NCBI GenBank assembly: GCA_965218095.1
Contig: OZ244587.1
Span: forward strand, 2,688,001-2,752,000
Length of the DNA stretch: 64,000 nt
Direction: 5' to 3'
DNA from: Candidatus Poribacteria bacterium
GTDB taxonomy: Bacteria > Poribacteria > WGA-4E > PCPOR2b
Under the pieces are notes generated by a model. It was not told where the DNA came from. It was given only the letters and a program-made list of their open reading frames with translations, and did not search any database. Each line of letters begins with the position of its first letter. Position 1 is the first letter of the stretch. Position numbers and translations under genes: made by a program. Shown piece by piece: positions 10,379 to 20,325 of the stretch.

Positions 10379-11410
10379 TCACCCATTCGCATAGATCAAC
10401 CGCTCCCGATTTTGACACGGCAGTTCAATCGTTTGCTCCGTCAAGCCACTCTCAATGGCAGCGAAGCCGATCTCGTTCACAGCCATATATTCATCACAGG
10501 CACAGTGCGGGAGCGGACCACCGTCGAGATAGTCGGAGATTTGTTTGTATGCCACTTTGAACACGCTCGCATTTTCGGGCAAGCCGAGCGTATTGTTGTC
10601 GATCTGCTTACTGTCTTTATCGTGCATGACAGTGCCGATATACATTCCTGCTTGCAGCCGTCCCTCACTGCCGAGCACATCGATGGAAAACCCTGTCATA
10701 GCGCCGGGGTTGCCGACATGGAACCCCTGCACCCCGCTTTTGAAGCGGATGGTCGAACCGATGATAGACGGCTCCGGTTCATACGGTTCAGGCATCTCTC
10801 TTCCCCCCGGATTCACAAAGGCGCCCACCGAAACCGGGTCATAGCCCGCGAATTGGCAAATCAGATCGGTGGCATGAATTGCAAAAGACAAAATTGTACC
10901 GGCGCAATAGCCGATCACCGACTTCACCTCGCCAACGAGTCCGTTCTGGACGAGAGATTGAAGGCGAAGGAGGTGAAGCACCCAATGACGTGAATAGTCC
11001 ACGATTATCGGGATGCCCTTTGCTTCGGCGGCGGCAGTCATCTCATCCACCTCCCGAAGCGAGCATCCCGCTGGCTTTTCGAGGAAGATGGCTCTGATGT
11101 CTGCCCTCAGAATATTCTGCATGACCGCGAAGTGATAGGGACCGCGGACACAAACTGCAACGATGTCGAGACTTTCGCTCTCAAGCATCTGTGTGCCTGT
11201 CTCATAGTAGTGGATTGACCCCTCTGGGAATGCAGGTCCCCACGTCTGTTGGAATTCTTACCGGCGTTCTTGTGACAGATCTGCGACAGCAACCAATTCA
11301 GTGGATTCACACTGACGAATCCCACCTGCGTGACAATAGGGATAGGGCTCTTCGGGTTTTGAATAACGCGATGCAATATTTCCTAAACCGATAATACCGA
11401 CACGGTACAT
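10379..11410 (-). pseudogene. Gfo/Idh/MocA oxidoreductase with an in-frame TAA at 11258-11260
   Basis: MYRVGIIGLGNIA Rossmann start after an AAGGAG RBS. The same frame continues after the stop into LDIVAVC...IFLEKPAG. Confidence 0.85.
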
Positions 11411-11544
11411 ATTTTCTCCTTTCAGGTGGTGGGAGGGTGCAAAACTACTGGCACGGATAGCATAGCGTGAAATCAATTGAATTGTCAAGTGGCAAAAAAC
11501 GCAGCAAAATAATCTCAGAATTGGTATAATAACCCTATATCTAT

Positions 11545-11725
11545 ATGACGCTAGCAGGCATCAACATTCACCGGAATGTAATTGATGATACTGCTGTCGT
11601 CGCTGGAATCTACACGCTCCAGTATACGCCGAAGGACGATGGACAAACCAAACAGACTTCTGGTGCCCTTTCGTTGGTCTTGGCAGACACGGAATGATGT
11701 GTGGAAAATCATCCGCGCTAACTAA
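11545..11725 (+). pseudogene. Fragment of an NTF2-like (DUF4440/SnoaL) protein
   Basis: Manual translation VIDDTAVVAGIYTLQYTPKDDGQTKQTSGALSLVL, then DVWKIIRAN in a shifted frame; resembles the C-terminal half of DUF4440. Confidence 0.4.
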
Positions 11726-11904
11726 GCCAGTATGGGAACCCTCCCAATTTTTTTATACCTTTCTGGCAAAAAATGCGTCTCTGTCGTTGATACACAGCAA
11801 TTTAATCACTCGCTGGCGGAGGCTCAAAAGGGGTAATTCTCTCCCGATAAGCAGAGATGGGAATGCCCCCTTATTTTTTTATAAACGTGGCATTTGAGGA
11901 AATC

Positions 11905-13536
11905 TCACGACAGTGATTCAAACTCGCCAGCAGTCGCAACAGCCGCGATAGAATCAGGATTCTCAACTTGCCAGCCTGCAGTAACCCCAACGTTCAACGA
12001 CGTGGACGATTTGTTCTCCTCGGACTTGAGATAAGCGTTAGGATCGTGATGCAGTGCTCCCGCCGGAAGCCATTCCCACAGCGGCCCCAGGTCCTTTCGT
12101 ACCCGGTCTACATAGAACTGCGGAAACTCTGTTGTTTCCTGTTCAAAATAAGCCTGGAACTGTGGGTCAGTATCGAGCCGTTCACGCATCTCGCTGTAAT
12201 ACTTGATTCGCCCAAAACGTTCTGATGACACCGCCCGAAGTACGTTCATCCACCGCGGAATCGTCGCCTTGTTCGCTCTGTAGCGATTGCTAATTGCCCG
12301 CCATGAAAATGTGTACTTGGCCAGATCGATCACGTTATCGTAGAAATCGGGCCAAGAATAGTTCTTCGGTTTCACGTTCATCGTCCAATTGTCCAAGAAG
12401 TGGAAGGGGAATGGCAGAACGCGGTTGTCCCGTTGGTATTCGAGGTTGAGCGGTGCCGCTTGTCCAAACGCCGAGAGCAGTGAATAAGCGGGCAACGCAC
12501 CGGGTGTCATGTCCACAAATCGCTTTGTGAGCTCAAAGGGTTCTTGCCCTTCGTCAACGTCAAGCCCAAGCACGAAGTTGGTCTGTACGAAAGGTATGTA
12601 CTTCAGGAGGGTATTGACATGCTCAGAGACCTGCCGGACTTTGTCCAGCCCCGTCCGCTTACCAGTCTTCGACTTATTACCCATATCGTACCACGACTCA
12701 ATACCGGGCAGGATGGCCTTGAATCCATTTCGTTTGAGCCGCTTCAAGTGAGGCTCTGATAGAAGGGACAAACTACTCTCCGCGATGAAATCGATCCGGT
12801 CTGGAGGCACTGCATCCTCGATTGCGTCCATGTAGTCATTGAATCGGACACCGAAATTGGGATCGTGCCAGCCGACGCGAGGCCGCTTAAACTTCCCCAA
12901 GAGAAACCGCAGGTCCTCTTTGATCACATCGAAGCTTAGCTGCTGATATGGTACAATCGAGTCAATACAAAAGCTACAGGTGTACGGGCACCCCAGACTG
13001 CCAATCATCGGAACGACCTTGAGAAGAGGTGCCTTCTGGAGTGTCTGCTCGACGAATTTCCAGCGCTCGCGAACCCCAGGGAGCGTTGTGGGCTGCTGGC
13101 TGGCCGCCATCTGTATACCCATGGGACGATGCGCTGAACAATCCTGCAAGACGTCACGAATCACCGCCTTGTCGGTAAAACCCAAGACATAGTCGAAGTA
13201 CTGCTGCGCATCCTGCGGGTAACAGCGGGCGTGGGGGCCCCCAAGCACAGTGACAGCGCCCTTGGACTGGAAGAGGTTGCTCAAGGCGTATGACAGTTGT
13301 GCAGCCTGCGTGAACGCACCTATGAAGACGAGGTCAATGTTGTCTGACAATTCCTCGACCAGATCTTCAAGACCGGTAAAGCATACGAATTTGACGTCAT
13401 GTCCTTCTTCTTCGCACCACGCTGCTACCACCTGGGGCATGATACTCGCCAGATTGGCGTGCATGACACGAGCGTATAGGGTTCGGGGAGGAGCTTTGGT
13501 AGTCAAGTCAATGACACCGATACGAAGTTTGTGCAT
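11905..13536 (-). CDS. B12-binding-domain radical SAM protein
   Basis: VLGGPHA in an N-terminal B12-binding-like domain; GCPYTCSFC CxxxCxxC; GIES. ATG 13536 follows AAGGAGG. Confidence 0.85.
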   Translation of the reverse strand: MHKLRIGVIDLTTKAPPRTLYARVMHANLASIMPQVVAAWCEEEGHDVKFVCFTGLEDLVEELSDNIDLVFIGAFTQAAQLSYALSNLFQSKGAVTVLGGPHARCYPQDAQQYFDYVLGFTDKAVIRDVLQDCSAHRPMGIQMAASQQPTTLPGVRERWKFVEQTLQKAPLLKVVPMIGSLGCPYTCSFCIDSIVPYQQLSFDVIKEDLRFLLGKFKRPRVGWHDPNFGVRFNDYMDAIEDAVPPDRIDFIAESSLSLLSEPHLKRLKRNGFKAILPGIESWYDMGNKSKTGKRTGLDKVRQVSEHVNTLLKYIPFVQTNFVLGLDVDEGQEPFELTKRFVDMTPGALPAYSLLSAFGQAAPLNLEYQRDNRVLPFPFHFLDNWTMNVKPKNYSWPDFYDNVIDLAKYTFSWRAISNRYRANKATIPRWMNVLRAVSSERFGRIKYYSEMRERLDTDPQFQAYFEQETTEFPQFYVDRVRKDLGPLWEWLPAGALHHDPNAYLKSEENKSSTSLNVGVTAGWQVENPDSIAAVATAGEFESLS

Positions 13537-13724
13537 AGTGCCTCCTTTGAAATTTCCTTCAAGTCCGTAATACTTTTGAGAAGAGAATGCAATCAACCTG
13601 CGGCTGAAAACCGCACTGCGTTTATATGAACTCGATCGAGAATCTCATCCACAATTGTCTGCATGTTTTTTTATGAGGGTATCTTCCATAACATTGAGTA
13701 TGTTGCGCCTTGGCTGCCGGTATT

Positions 13725-14981
13725 TCATTGATTGGAGTATTCATCTTCCCGGTAAGACGCAAGGACATCATCAATCGAACAGGTTTTTGGAAACCACGAA
13801 ACCACTCTGCGCACCACTTCATCAAGCATAGCATCAGGGCAAGAAGCGCCCGCGGTCAGGACAATATCAACGGGGCTGTCATCTGAAAAGTTTATCGGCA
13901 GCCAGTCGGTCGTTTCGCGTAAGGTTTTTGTGTGAATATCCCAGTGACGGATGCACGTCGGTGATTTCATTTCGCCGGCGTCGCGGATAAAGTAAGTCGG
14001 CATTTTACCCTCACACAACTCGACGAGGTGGCTGGTATTGGAGGAATTATAGCCCCCCACAACCAGGGCTAAGTCGCCGCCATCTTTGATGAGGGCAATG
14101 GTCGCATCCTGATTTTCTTTGGTCGCGTAGCAAAGCGTGTCCTTCGTGTCGGCAAAATGCGCATCAATGTGTTCCTCGCCGTATCGGTCTACCATCGCCT
14201 GTCGAAGCAGATCAGCAATCGCCTGCGTCTCCGTGGCGAGCATCGTCGTCTGATTGACAACGCCAATGCGCTTCAGGTGACGGTCTGGATGGAAGCCGGA
14301 GGAGTAGCCATCCGCAAAATGCTCAAAGAAAAATTCTCGGTCAGCTTCTCCGCGTATTACCCTGGCGAGGTTCTCCACCTCCGCTAGATTGAGCACGACC
14401 ACCACAGGGGCTTTTGCCTTCGCATGAGAAAATGTGGCTCGCGTTTCTTCGTGGTATCGCTTGCCATGTACCACAATCGTGTAATCTTGTCCCCCAATTT
14501 CCCAACTTTTCTTCCACACCTTCTCGACGAAGGGACAGGTCGTATTGTAGGCGTAGGGATCGATGCCGCGTCGGTTCAGTGCTTCCTGCACTTCCAGCGT
14601 CGTGCCAAAGGCTGGCACAATGACGATATCCGCCAGCGTCAATTCATCGAAAGGAATCAATTGCTTCCCCGATGTTTCGCAGAGGAATTGTACGCCGCGC
14701 TCGCGAAGATCCGTGTTGACATGAGGATTGTGAATCATCTCAGACAGCAGAAAGACCCGCTTATTCGGATTTTCCTCAAGGGTGCGATAGGCAATCTCAA
14801 TCGCGTTTTCGACCCCGTAACAGAACCCGAAGTGACGCCCGATCTTGAAACACACCGGACCAAAGTCCAACACAGAGGGAGCGAGATCGCGCTTGCGCGC
14901 ATCCAGTGTCCGACGCGCCTTTTTCACAGCGGAAATGATAGGGCTCCGGTAGAAAAGCGGGACGTTAAATTCTCTTGGCAT
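13725..14981 (-). CDS. ispH: 4-hydroxy-3-methylbut-2-enyl diphosphate reductase
   Basis: GFCYGVENAI, IHNPHV, TTCPFV, NQTT, TLCYAT, GGYNSSNT, TAGASCP. Confidence 0.95.
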   Translation of the reverse strand: MPREFNVPLFYRSPIISAVKKARRTLDARKRDLAPSVLDFGPVCFKIGRHFGFCYGVENAIEIAYRTLEENPNKRVFLLSEMIHNPHVNTDLRERGVQFLCETSGKQLIPFDELTLADIVIVPAFGTTLEVQEALNRRGIDPYAYNTTCPFVEKVWKKSWEIGGQDYTIVVHGKRYHEETRATFSHAKAKAPVVVVLNLAEVENLARVIRGEADREFFFEHFADGYSSGFHPDRHLKRIGVVNQTTMLATETQAIADLLRQAMVDRYGEEHIDAHFADTKDTLCYATKENQDATIALIKDGGDLALVVGGYNSSNTSHLVELCEGKMPTYFIRDAGEMKSPTCIRHWDIHTKTLRETTDWLPINFSDDSPVDIVLTAGASCPDAMLDEVVRRVVSWFPKTCSIDDVLASYREDEYSNQ

Positions 14982-15050
14982 TTATCACAGTTTCTATGGT
15001 TGGGTGATTGGGTCAGGTCTTCTACGATGACAATAACCTGTGGGGTGCAT

Positions 15051-15498
15051 CTATTCAATTGGATTTACTACGAACTGTTTACTACGAACTGGTGGACTTA
15101 TAAGAACTGGGTCAATCATGTAGCTCCCCTCCAGATCCATTGCTTTCTCAAGAGATTTGAGCGATAATGATCTTTCGCCTTTGATAGAATAGACATCGGC
15201 AAGCAAGTAGTAGGCATCGACGAAGCGAGAGTCAATGTGGACGGCCTTTTTGAATGCCACAATGGCTTTGTCGAGCTTGCCTTGCTTCAGGTAGGCAGCT
15301 CCGAGATTGTTATATGCTTCTGCGGCGTCCGGTTTGATGTCAACCGCTTCTTTATATGCCGCGATAGCCTCGTCAAGTTTGCCTTGATCAAAGTGAGCAT
15401 TTCCCAGATTGTTATGCCACTGTGCTTTGTGAAAATCGCAGGCAGGCAGACAGAAAACAACTGACTCCAATGAAAAAAACGGTAAACAAGGTTTTCAT
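15051..15498 (-). pseudogene. TPR lipoprotein, frameshifted by an extra CTGC unit
   Basis: RBS GGAGGAGG, then ATG 15498 MKTLFTVFFIGVSCFLSAC. Removing one CTGC from (CTGC)3 at 15438-15449 joins it in frame to DFHKAQWHNNLG and three TPRs. Confidence 0.75.
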
Positions 15499-15513
15499 TT
15501 TTCCTCCTCCCTT

Positions 15514-16527
15514 TCATTCACCAAAGATCTTTGTAATCTCGTCCGTTTCAAAAATCGGGAGCAGACGGTGTTGACCAGCCGCCTCGATCCAGCATCCGCC
15601 ATCCGAGGGTAGCAACCGACCGATGACCTCACAGGGGATATTGTGTTCAGTAATCACAGACACGAGCTCGCTGCTTTTTGTGGGCTCTGCTACGATAAGC
15701 AACGCGCCAGACGAGATGACGCCTAACGGGTCAAGCTGAAATTCATGACAGAGGCGCTTTGTTGCCTCTGATATAAGCAGTTTTTCCTGCCAAACGACCA
15801 CGCCAAGGTTTGCAGCATGCGCGAGTTCGTGGATCGCTGTAGCGACGCCACCCTCCGTTGGATCGTGCATGGCATCGACGCCTCCCGTTTCAGCGGCAAT
15901 CAAAGCCTCTTTCAGAACTGAAATTCCGGGAGTGGTCAAATAGTTTTTGGCGCGATTGAGAAAGGTTGGGGAAAATTTCTCTAGCAAATCGGATTCGCGC
16001 TCACGGGCGATGATTGCGGTAGCTTCAATGCCAAGCCCCTTCGTCAATATCAGATCATCCCCCGCTTTTGCCCCTGATGAAGTGATGAGCCCGCCCTTCT
16101 TGACTTCGCCGAACATCTGCCCAATGACAATCGGTCGATCCAAGCCGTAAGTGATTTCGGTATGCCCGCCACATAACGTGATGTCAAAATGCTCACACGC
16201 TGTGTTGATCTGTTCCATAATACGTCGAACCAAATCTTCGGTTGTACGGTTCTCAGGCAGGAGAACCGTCGTCAACAACCATTTCGGGATCGCCCCCATC
16301 GTTGCGATGTCGTTACTGTTCACGCAGACGAGGTACCAGCCTATTTCATCGGTTGCAAAGGTAATCGGATCCGTTTTGGCAACCAGATACGTTTCTCCAA
16401 AGTCAATCACAGCAGCGTCTTCTCCGATTTTCGGTCCAACAATGACGCGAGCATCCCGATGTGGCTGAGGAAGAATCTGCTGTAACAAATCTATTTTGAG
16501 CTTCCCGATGGGCAACACCATTGGCAT
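15514..16527 (-). CDS. AIR synthase-related (HypE/ThiL/PurM-fold) protein
   Basis: GEDAAVI, KTDPIT, NDIATMGA, GGHTE, MHDPTEGG. Confidence 0.85.
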   Translation of the reverse strand: MPMVLPIGKLKIDLLQQILPQPHRDARVIVGPKIGEDAAVIDFGETYLVAKTDPITFATDEIGWYLVCVNSNDIATMGAIPKWLLTTVLLPENRTTEDLVRRIMEQINTACEHFDITLCGGHTEITYGLDRPIVIGQMFGEVKKGGLITSSGAKAGDDLILTKGLGIEATAIIARERESDLLEKFSPTFLNRAKNYLTTPGISVLKEALIAAETGGVDAMHDPTEGGVATAIHELAHAANLGVVVWQEKLLISEATKRLCHEFQLDPLGVISSGALLIVAEPTKSSELVSVITEHNIPCEVIGRLLPSDGGCWIEAAGQHRLLPIFETDEITKIFGE

Positions 16528-16535
16528 AAGTCTTG

Positions 16536-16670
16536 TTAAGCAGTGAGAACTTTCCGTCCTTTTGCACGGCGTCGAGAGAGAACCTTTCGGCCATGCCGAT
16601 CGAACATCCGTTTACGGAAACCAAACTTGTTTTTTCGTTTGCGACGATGTGGTTGATATGTCCGTTTCAT
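16536..16670 (-). CDS. rpmH: 50S ribosomal protein L34
   Basis: [22 protein letters not shown]...[18 protein letters not shown], divergent from dnaA. Confidence 0.97.
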   Translation of the reverse strand: MKRTYQPHRRKRKNKFGFRKRMFDRHGRKVLSRRRAKGRKVLTA

Positions 16671-16933
16671 CAGAACCTTACTCCTAATATTAAAAATCCC
16701 AGGCAATGAACTCAAAGCGAAAGAATGATAGTCTATTCGATCAGGATTTGTCAAGCCTTTTTCCTCTGATAATCGCGTCTGATAATCAGGATTTTCAACT
16801 TGCGTAAAGTTGTGTTTCATGATATACTAAAGATATATTTCCTCAAGGGGAAACTGAACCTTAAACGCTCCGGGGCGCTGGATTCAGACCGGGTGATTAC
16901 CTTGATCTTTGGGTGAAGGCTTTGTGGACGAAT

Positions 16934-17151
16934 TGTGGATAACTTGTGGGTAAGTTCCGATTTTTCTGACCCGGACTCATCCAAATTAAACCTGTTTTTA
17001 ATTTTTTTCACGCCCTCCCACGTTTGTTGGATGTTTCAGCTATTCCACATAGGCTCTATTGAACAGTTAACAATAGGCTCTATTGAACAGTTAACACCAT
17101 TTTGGGGGAGAGTATTAATTGTGGATAACTCTGTGGATAACTTGTGGATAT
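16934..17151. promoter_or_regulatory. DnaA-box cluster upstream of dnaA (oriC part 1)
   Basis: TGTGGATAA at 16934, 17120 and 17132; near-matches at 16945 and 17143. Confidence 0.85.
17049..17096. repeat. Perfect 24-bp tandem duplication
   Basis: ATAGGCTCTATTGAACAGTTAACA x2. Confidence 0.9.
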
Positions 17152-17531
17152 AATTCAATCTCCCGTCTTGATTGATCAGCCTGAGCCCCTGACACACTTG
17201 TGTCTCATATAGATTTGCGTTAAGTCTATCTTCTTTCCCTATTGTATCCTGAAACGTTCAAAAAATTGCCACGGAATCCCGTCGCCTGCTTTAGCCATAG
17301 GGAGGTCGCACTACCCCAGGATTTCGCCCTGATAGATCGGCATAACCCCGCTACGTGGGATGCACGCCTGCCCTCGCGTAGCAGGGTCGAGTGAGGCAGT
17401 CGGTACCCCCGATTTTATCGGTCAACTGCACGAAAAATGCGGCATTTTCTGATTGTCTGAATTTGATTCGTTGGTTATAATATACCCAGAGCAACATAAT
17501 TTCCCTCAAGAAATCTTCCATAGGAATCACT

Positions 17532-18875
17532 ATGATGCGGTATACTCCTGATCGAATTTGGTTGGAAATCCTGTCTGAGCTCGGTGACGCCATCAGCGAA
17601 GATGTTTACTTGCGCCAAGCCAAACCTATAGCCCTCACAGAGAGTGAACTGACAGTTTCAGTGCCAAGTTTGTACACGCAAGAGCAGATTGGAAACCGCT
17701 TTCTTCCTGACATCAATAGTCTCTTAGAGAAACATATCGGTGCAAGCTGCAGGCTCAAACTCATCGCTGCAAAGCCTGATGCGAAAAGGTCTCCTGACGC
17801 TTCGGCTGCGCCTCCCACACCTGATGTGGCGTCCTCCCCTGAGAACAGTTTGAACCCTCAATATACTTTCGATCGGTTTGTCGTCGGAACCGGTAACCGT
17901 TTGAGCCATGCGGCTGCGCTTGCTGTTGCGGAAAACCCAGGCAAGATTTATAATCCACTTTTCATCTACGGTGGGGTCGGCTTGGGCAAGACTCACCTTC
18001 TGCATGCAATCGGCAATCGCATCCAGGAGATCCACCCCAACCCAAAAGTGTGTTATGTCACTTCTGAGACTTTCATGAATGAATACATCGACTCTATCAT
18101 CACTCGCACAACAGCCCTTGATTTCCGAAGCAAATACCGCACCGTTGATCTGTTCCTTATTGATGACATCCAATTTTTGCAGCGTAAAGAGGGAACCCAG
18201 GAGGAGTTTTTCCACACCTTCAATGAGTTGTATCAAAATTCAAATCATATTGTGATGACAAGCGATCGCCCGCCGAAAAACCTTGAAACCGTCGAAGAGC
18301 GGTTACGCTCCCGTTTTGAGTGGGGAATGGTCGCCGATATCAGTCCGCCACAATTTGAAACACGGGTCGCTATTCTCCGCCAAAAATGCGAAGACCATAA
18401 TTTAGAAAACGTTCCTGACAGTGTTTTAAGTTACATTGCGGAGGTCGTTCAAACAAATATTCGCGACCTGGAAGGAACACTCATCCGTGTTGTCACGGAA
18501 GCAAGCGTTTTTGAAGAGGAATTGACAGTCGATTTTGCCCGCAACGTGCTGAGTGATGTCACCTTACTACCTCCTCGGGCTCACCATCAAGCCATCACAG
18601 CAGAGGATATCCAAAAAACCGTCGCAAACTATTTCCGTATTAAAATCACCGACTTGAAATCCGCTACACGCACAAAGACCCTTGTTGTCCCCCGACAAAT
18701 TGCGATGTACCTCTGTCGCCAAATGACGAATCTTTCCCTCATGGAGATTGCTGCTGCTTTCGGACGGCGAGATCATACGACCGTTTTAAATGCGATATAT
18801 CGAACCGAAGAAAGCCTCCGGCAAGATCCGGAACTTGCCCAAACCATTAACTTTTTGATAGAAAACATAAAATAA
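17532..18875 (+). CDS. dnaA: Chromosomal replication initiator DnaA
   Basis: YNPLFIYGGVGLGKTHLL, LIDDIQF, RSRFEWG, RDHTTV. Confidence 0.98.
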   Translation: MMRYTPDRIWLEILSELGDAISEDVYLRQAKPIALTESELTVSVPSLYTQEQIGNRFLPDINSLLEKHIGASCRLKLIAAKPDAKRSPDASAAPPTPDVASSPENSLNPQYTFDRFVVGTGNRLSHAAALAVAENPGKIYNPLFIYGGVGLGKTHLLHAIGNRIQEIHPNPKVCYVTSETFMNEYIDSIITRTTALDFRSKYRTVDLFLIDDIQFLQRKEGTQEEFFHTFNELYQNSNHIVMTSDRPPKNLETVEERLRSRFEWGMVADISPPQFETRVAILRQKCEDHNLENVPDSVLSYIAEVVQTNIRDLEGTLIRVVTEASVFEEELTVDFARNVLSDVTLLPPRAHHQAITAEDIQKTVANYFRIKITDLKSATRTKTLVVPRQIAMYLCRQMTNLSLMEIAAAFGRRDHTTVLNAIYRTEESLRQDPELAQTINFLIENIK

Positions 18876-18899
18876 TGGAAACAAATACCACAAATCGTA

Positions 18900-19130
18900 A
18901 ATGTGGAGGATTTGTGGATAACTTTGTGGATAACCTGTGGATAGTTAGTGGAAGGATGTGGATGAATAGCAGGATGTGGATAAATTGTGGATAAGATACA
19001 GGGTTATCCACAATTTCCCCACAAGCGCCTCGCCAGTCAGAGTGGGTATTCTTGAGAGTTACCCACATATCCACAGTTCCTATTACTACTACTATAATTA
19101 ATTATTAATTAATATAAATAATAGAAAAGA
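18900..19130. other. oriC unwinding region: DnaA boxes, DnaA-trios and AT-rich DUE
   Basis: Perfect boxes at 18913, 18925, 18975, 18986 (TGTGGATAA) and 19004 (TTATCCACA). Near boxes at 19059 and 19067 are followed by CCTATTACTACTACTAT and an almost pure A/T run. Confidence 0.9.
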
Positions 19131-19199
19131 TGATGTGCGATGATTTTTGTCGAGAAGTGGAAATAAAAAATTGATGCATTAAATTAATTTTCAAGGAGG

Positions 19200-20309
19200 A
19201 TGAAGATGGAATTAACATTCATAAAAGAAGATCTGTTTAGGTCCATTCAAGTATTGCAAGGAGTTGCTGCCGGCAGGAATACACTCCCGATTTTATCGAA
19301 TGTCTTGATTCATGCGGCAAATGGACAGATTGAAATTACAGTAACAGATCTCGAAGTTGGCATCCGGATCGTTGTCCCCGGTGCCATCCTTGATGAAGGA
19401 TCAATTACCATATCCGCTAAAAAACTTGCTGAAATCGTTCGTGAGTTACCATCGGAGGAGATTAAGCTTTCAACAACGGCAAATGATCGGATTGAAATTA
19501 CCTGTGGGGAAGGGGTTTATAAAATTATCGGATTGCCCGATGATGAATTTCCGGATCTCCCCTCAATTCAAGGAGATTTTTTCACGATTGACGGTGAAGT
19601 GCTTTGTTCTATGATTAATAAAACGGAGTTTTCTGCTTCAACGGAGGAAACGCGATACTTCTTAAATGGACTTTATTTTGATCTGGCGCCAGAGATAACT
19701 CAAGTGGTTGCAACAGACGGACGCCGCCTCGCAATTGCATCCAGTGATACGCTGACACCTCCGCCTCAAGAACCCGTGGGCGTTATCATTCCACTTAAAG
19801 CGGTTAGGGAAATTGCGAAAACCTTCGCGGAATCAGCGGAGATAAAACTCTGCTTGCTGGAAAACCAGATCATTTTCGCTGATGATGATGCCACCCTGAC
19901 CTCTCGATTAGTCGAGGGTGAATATCCCAAGTATCAACAGATTATCCCTGTCGATAACGAAATTCACCTTACGCTCAATGTTGAAAAAACGCTTGGTGCC
20001 TTGAGGCGAGTTGCTCTGCTATCGAACCCGAAAACCTATTCCATTCGTCTGGACATTCAAGAGAGCAAGGCGAAGATTTCTGCGAAGACACCAGAGCTTG
20101 GAGAGGCTTATGAAACGGTAGAAGTCAAAAGCGGGGATGGGGAGATTGAGATAGCATTTGATGCACGTTTTCTGGTGGAAGCTGTGGGGCACATTCAAAC
20201 CGAGGATTTCCGTTTGGAGCTCAAGGACTCTCTCAGTGCGGCTGTCTTAAAGCCGGTCGGTAAGGACGATCATCTCTGCTTGATTATGCCAATGCGCCTT
20301 GAATCTTAA
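19200..20309 (+). CDS. dnaN: DNA polymerase III beta clamp
   Basis: TLPILSNVLI, TDLEVG, VATDGRRLA, LIMPMR; synteny. Confidence 0.97.
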   Translation: MKMELTFIKEDLFRSIQVLQGVAAGRNTLPILSNVLIHAANGQIEITVTDLEVGIRIVVPGAILDEGSITISAKKLAEIVRELPSEEIKLSTTANDRIEITCGEGVYKIIGLPDDEFPDLPSIQGDFFTIDGEVLCSMINKTEFSASTEETRYFLNGLYFDLAPEITQVVATDGRRLAIASSDTLTPPPQEPVGVIIPLKAVREIAKTFAESAEIKLCLLENQIIFADDDATLTSRLVEGEYPKYQQIIPVDNEIHLTLNVEKTLGALRRVALLSNPKTYSIRLDIQESKAKISAKTPELGEAYETVEVKSGDGEIEIAFDARFLVEAVGHIQTEDFRLELKDSLSAAVLKPVGKDDHLCLIMPMRLES

Positions 20310-20325
20310 CTGATGTCTCACGACA

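Noticed and set aside
11258-11260. Stop-codon recoding (Sec/Pyl or alternative genetic code)
   Set aside because: The codon is TAA, which terminates many normal genes in this window.
16671-16820. N-terminal extension of L34
   Set aside because: The canonical MKRTYQP start at 16670 has its own AGGAG RBS.
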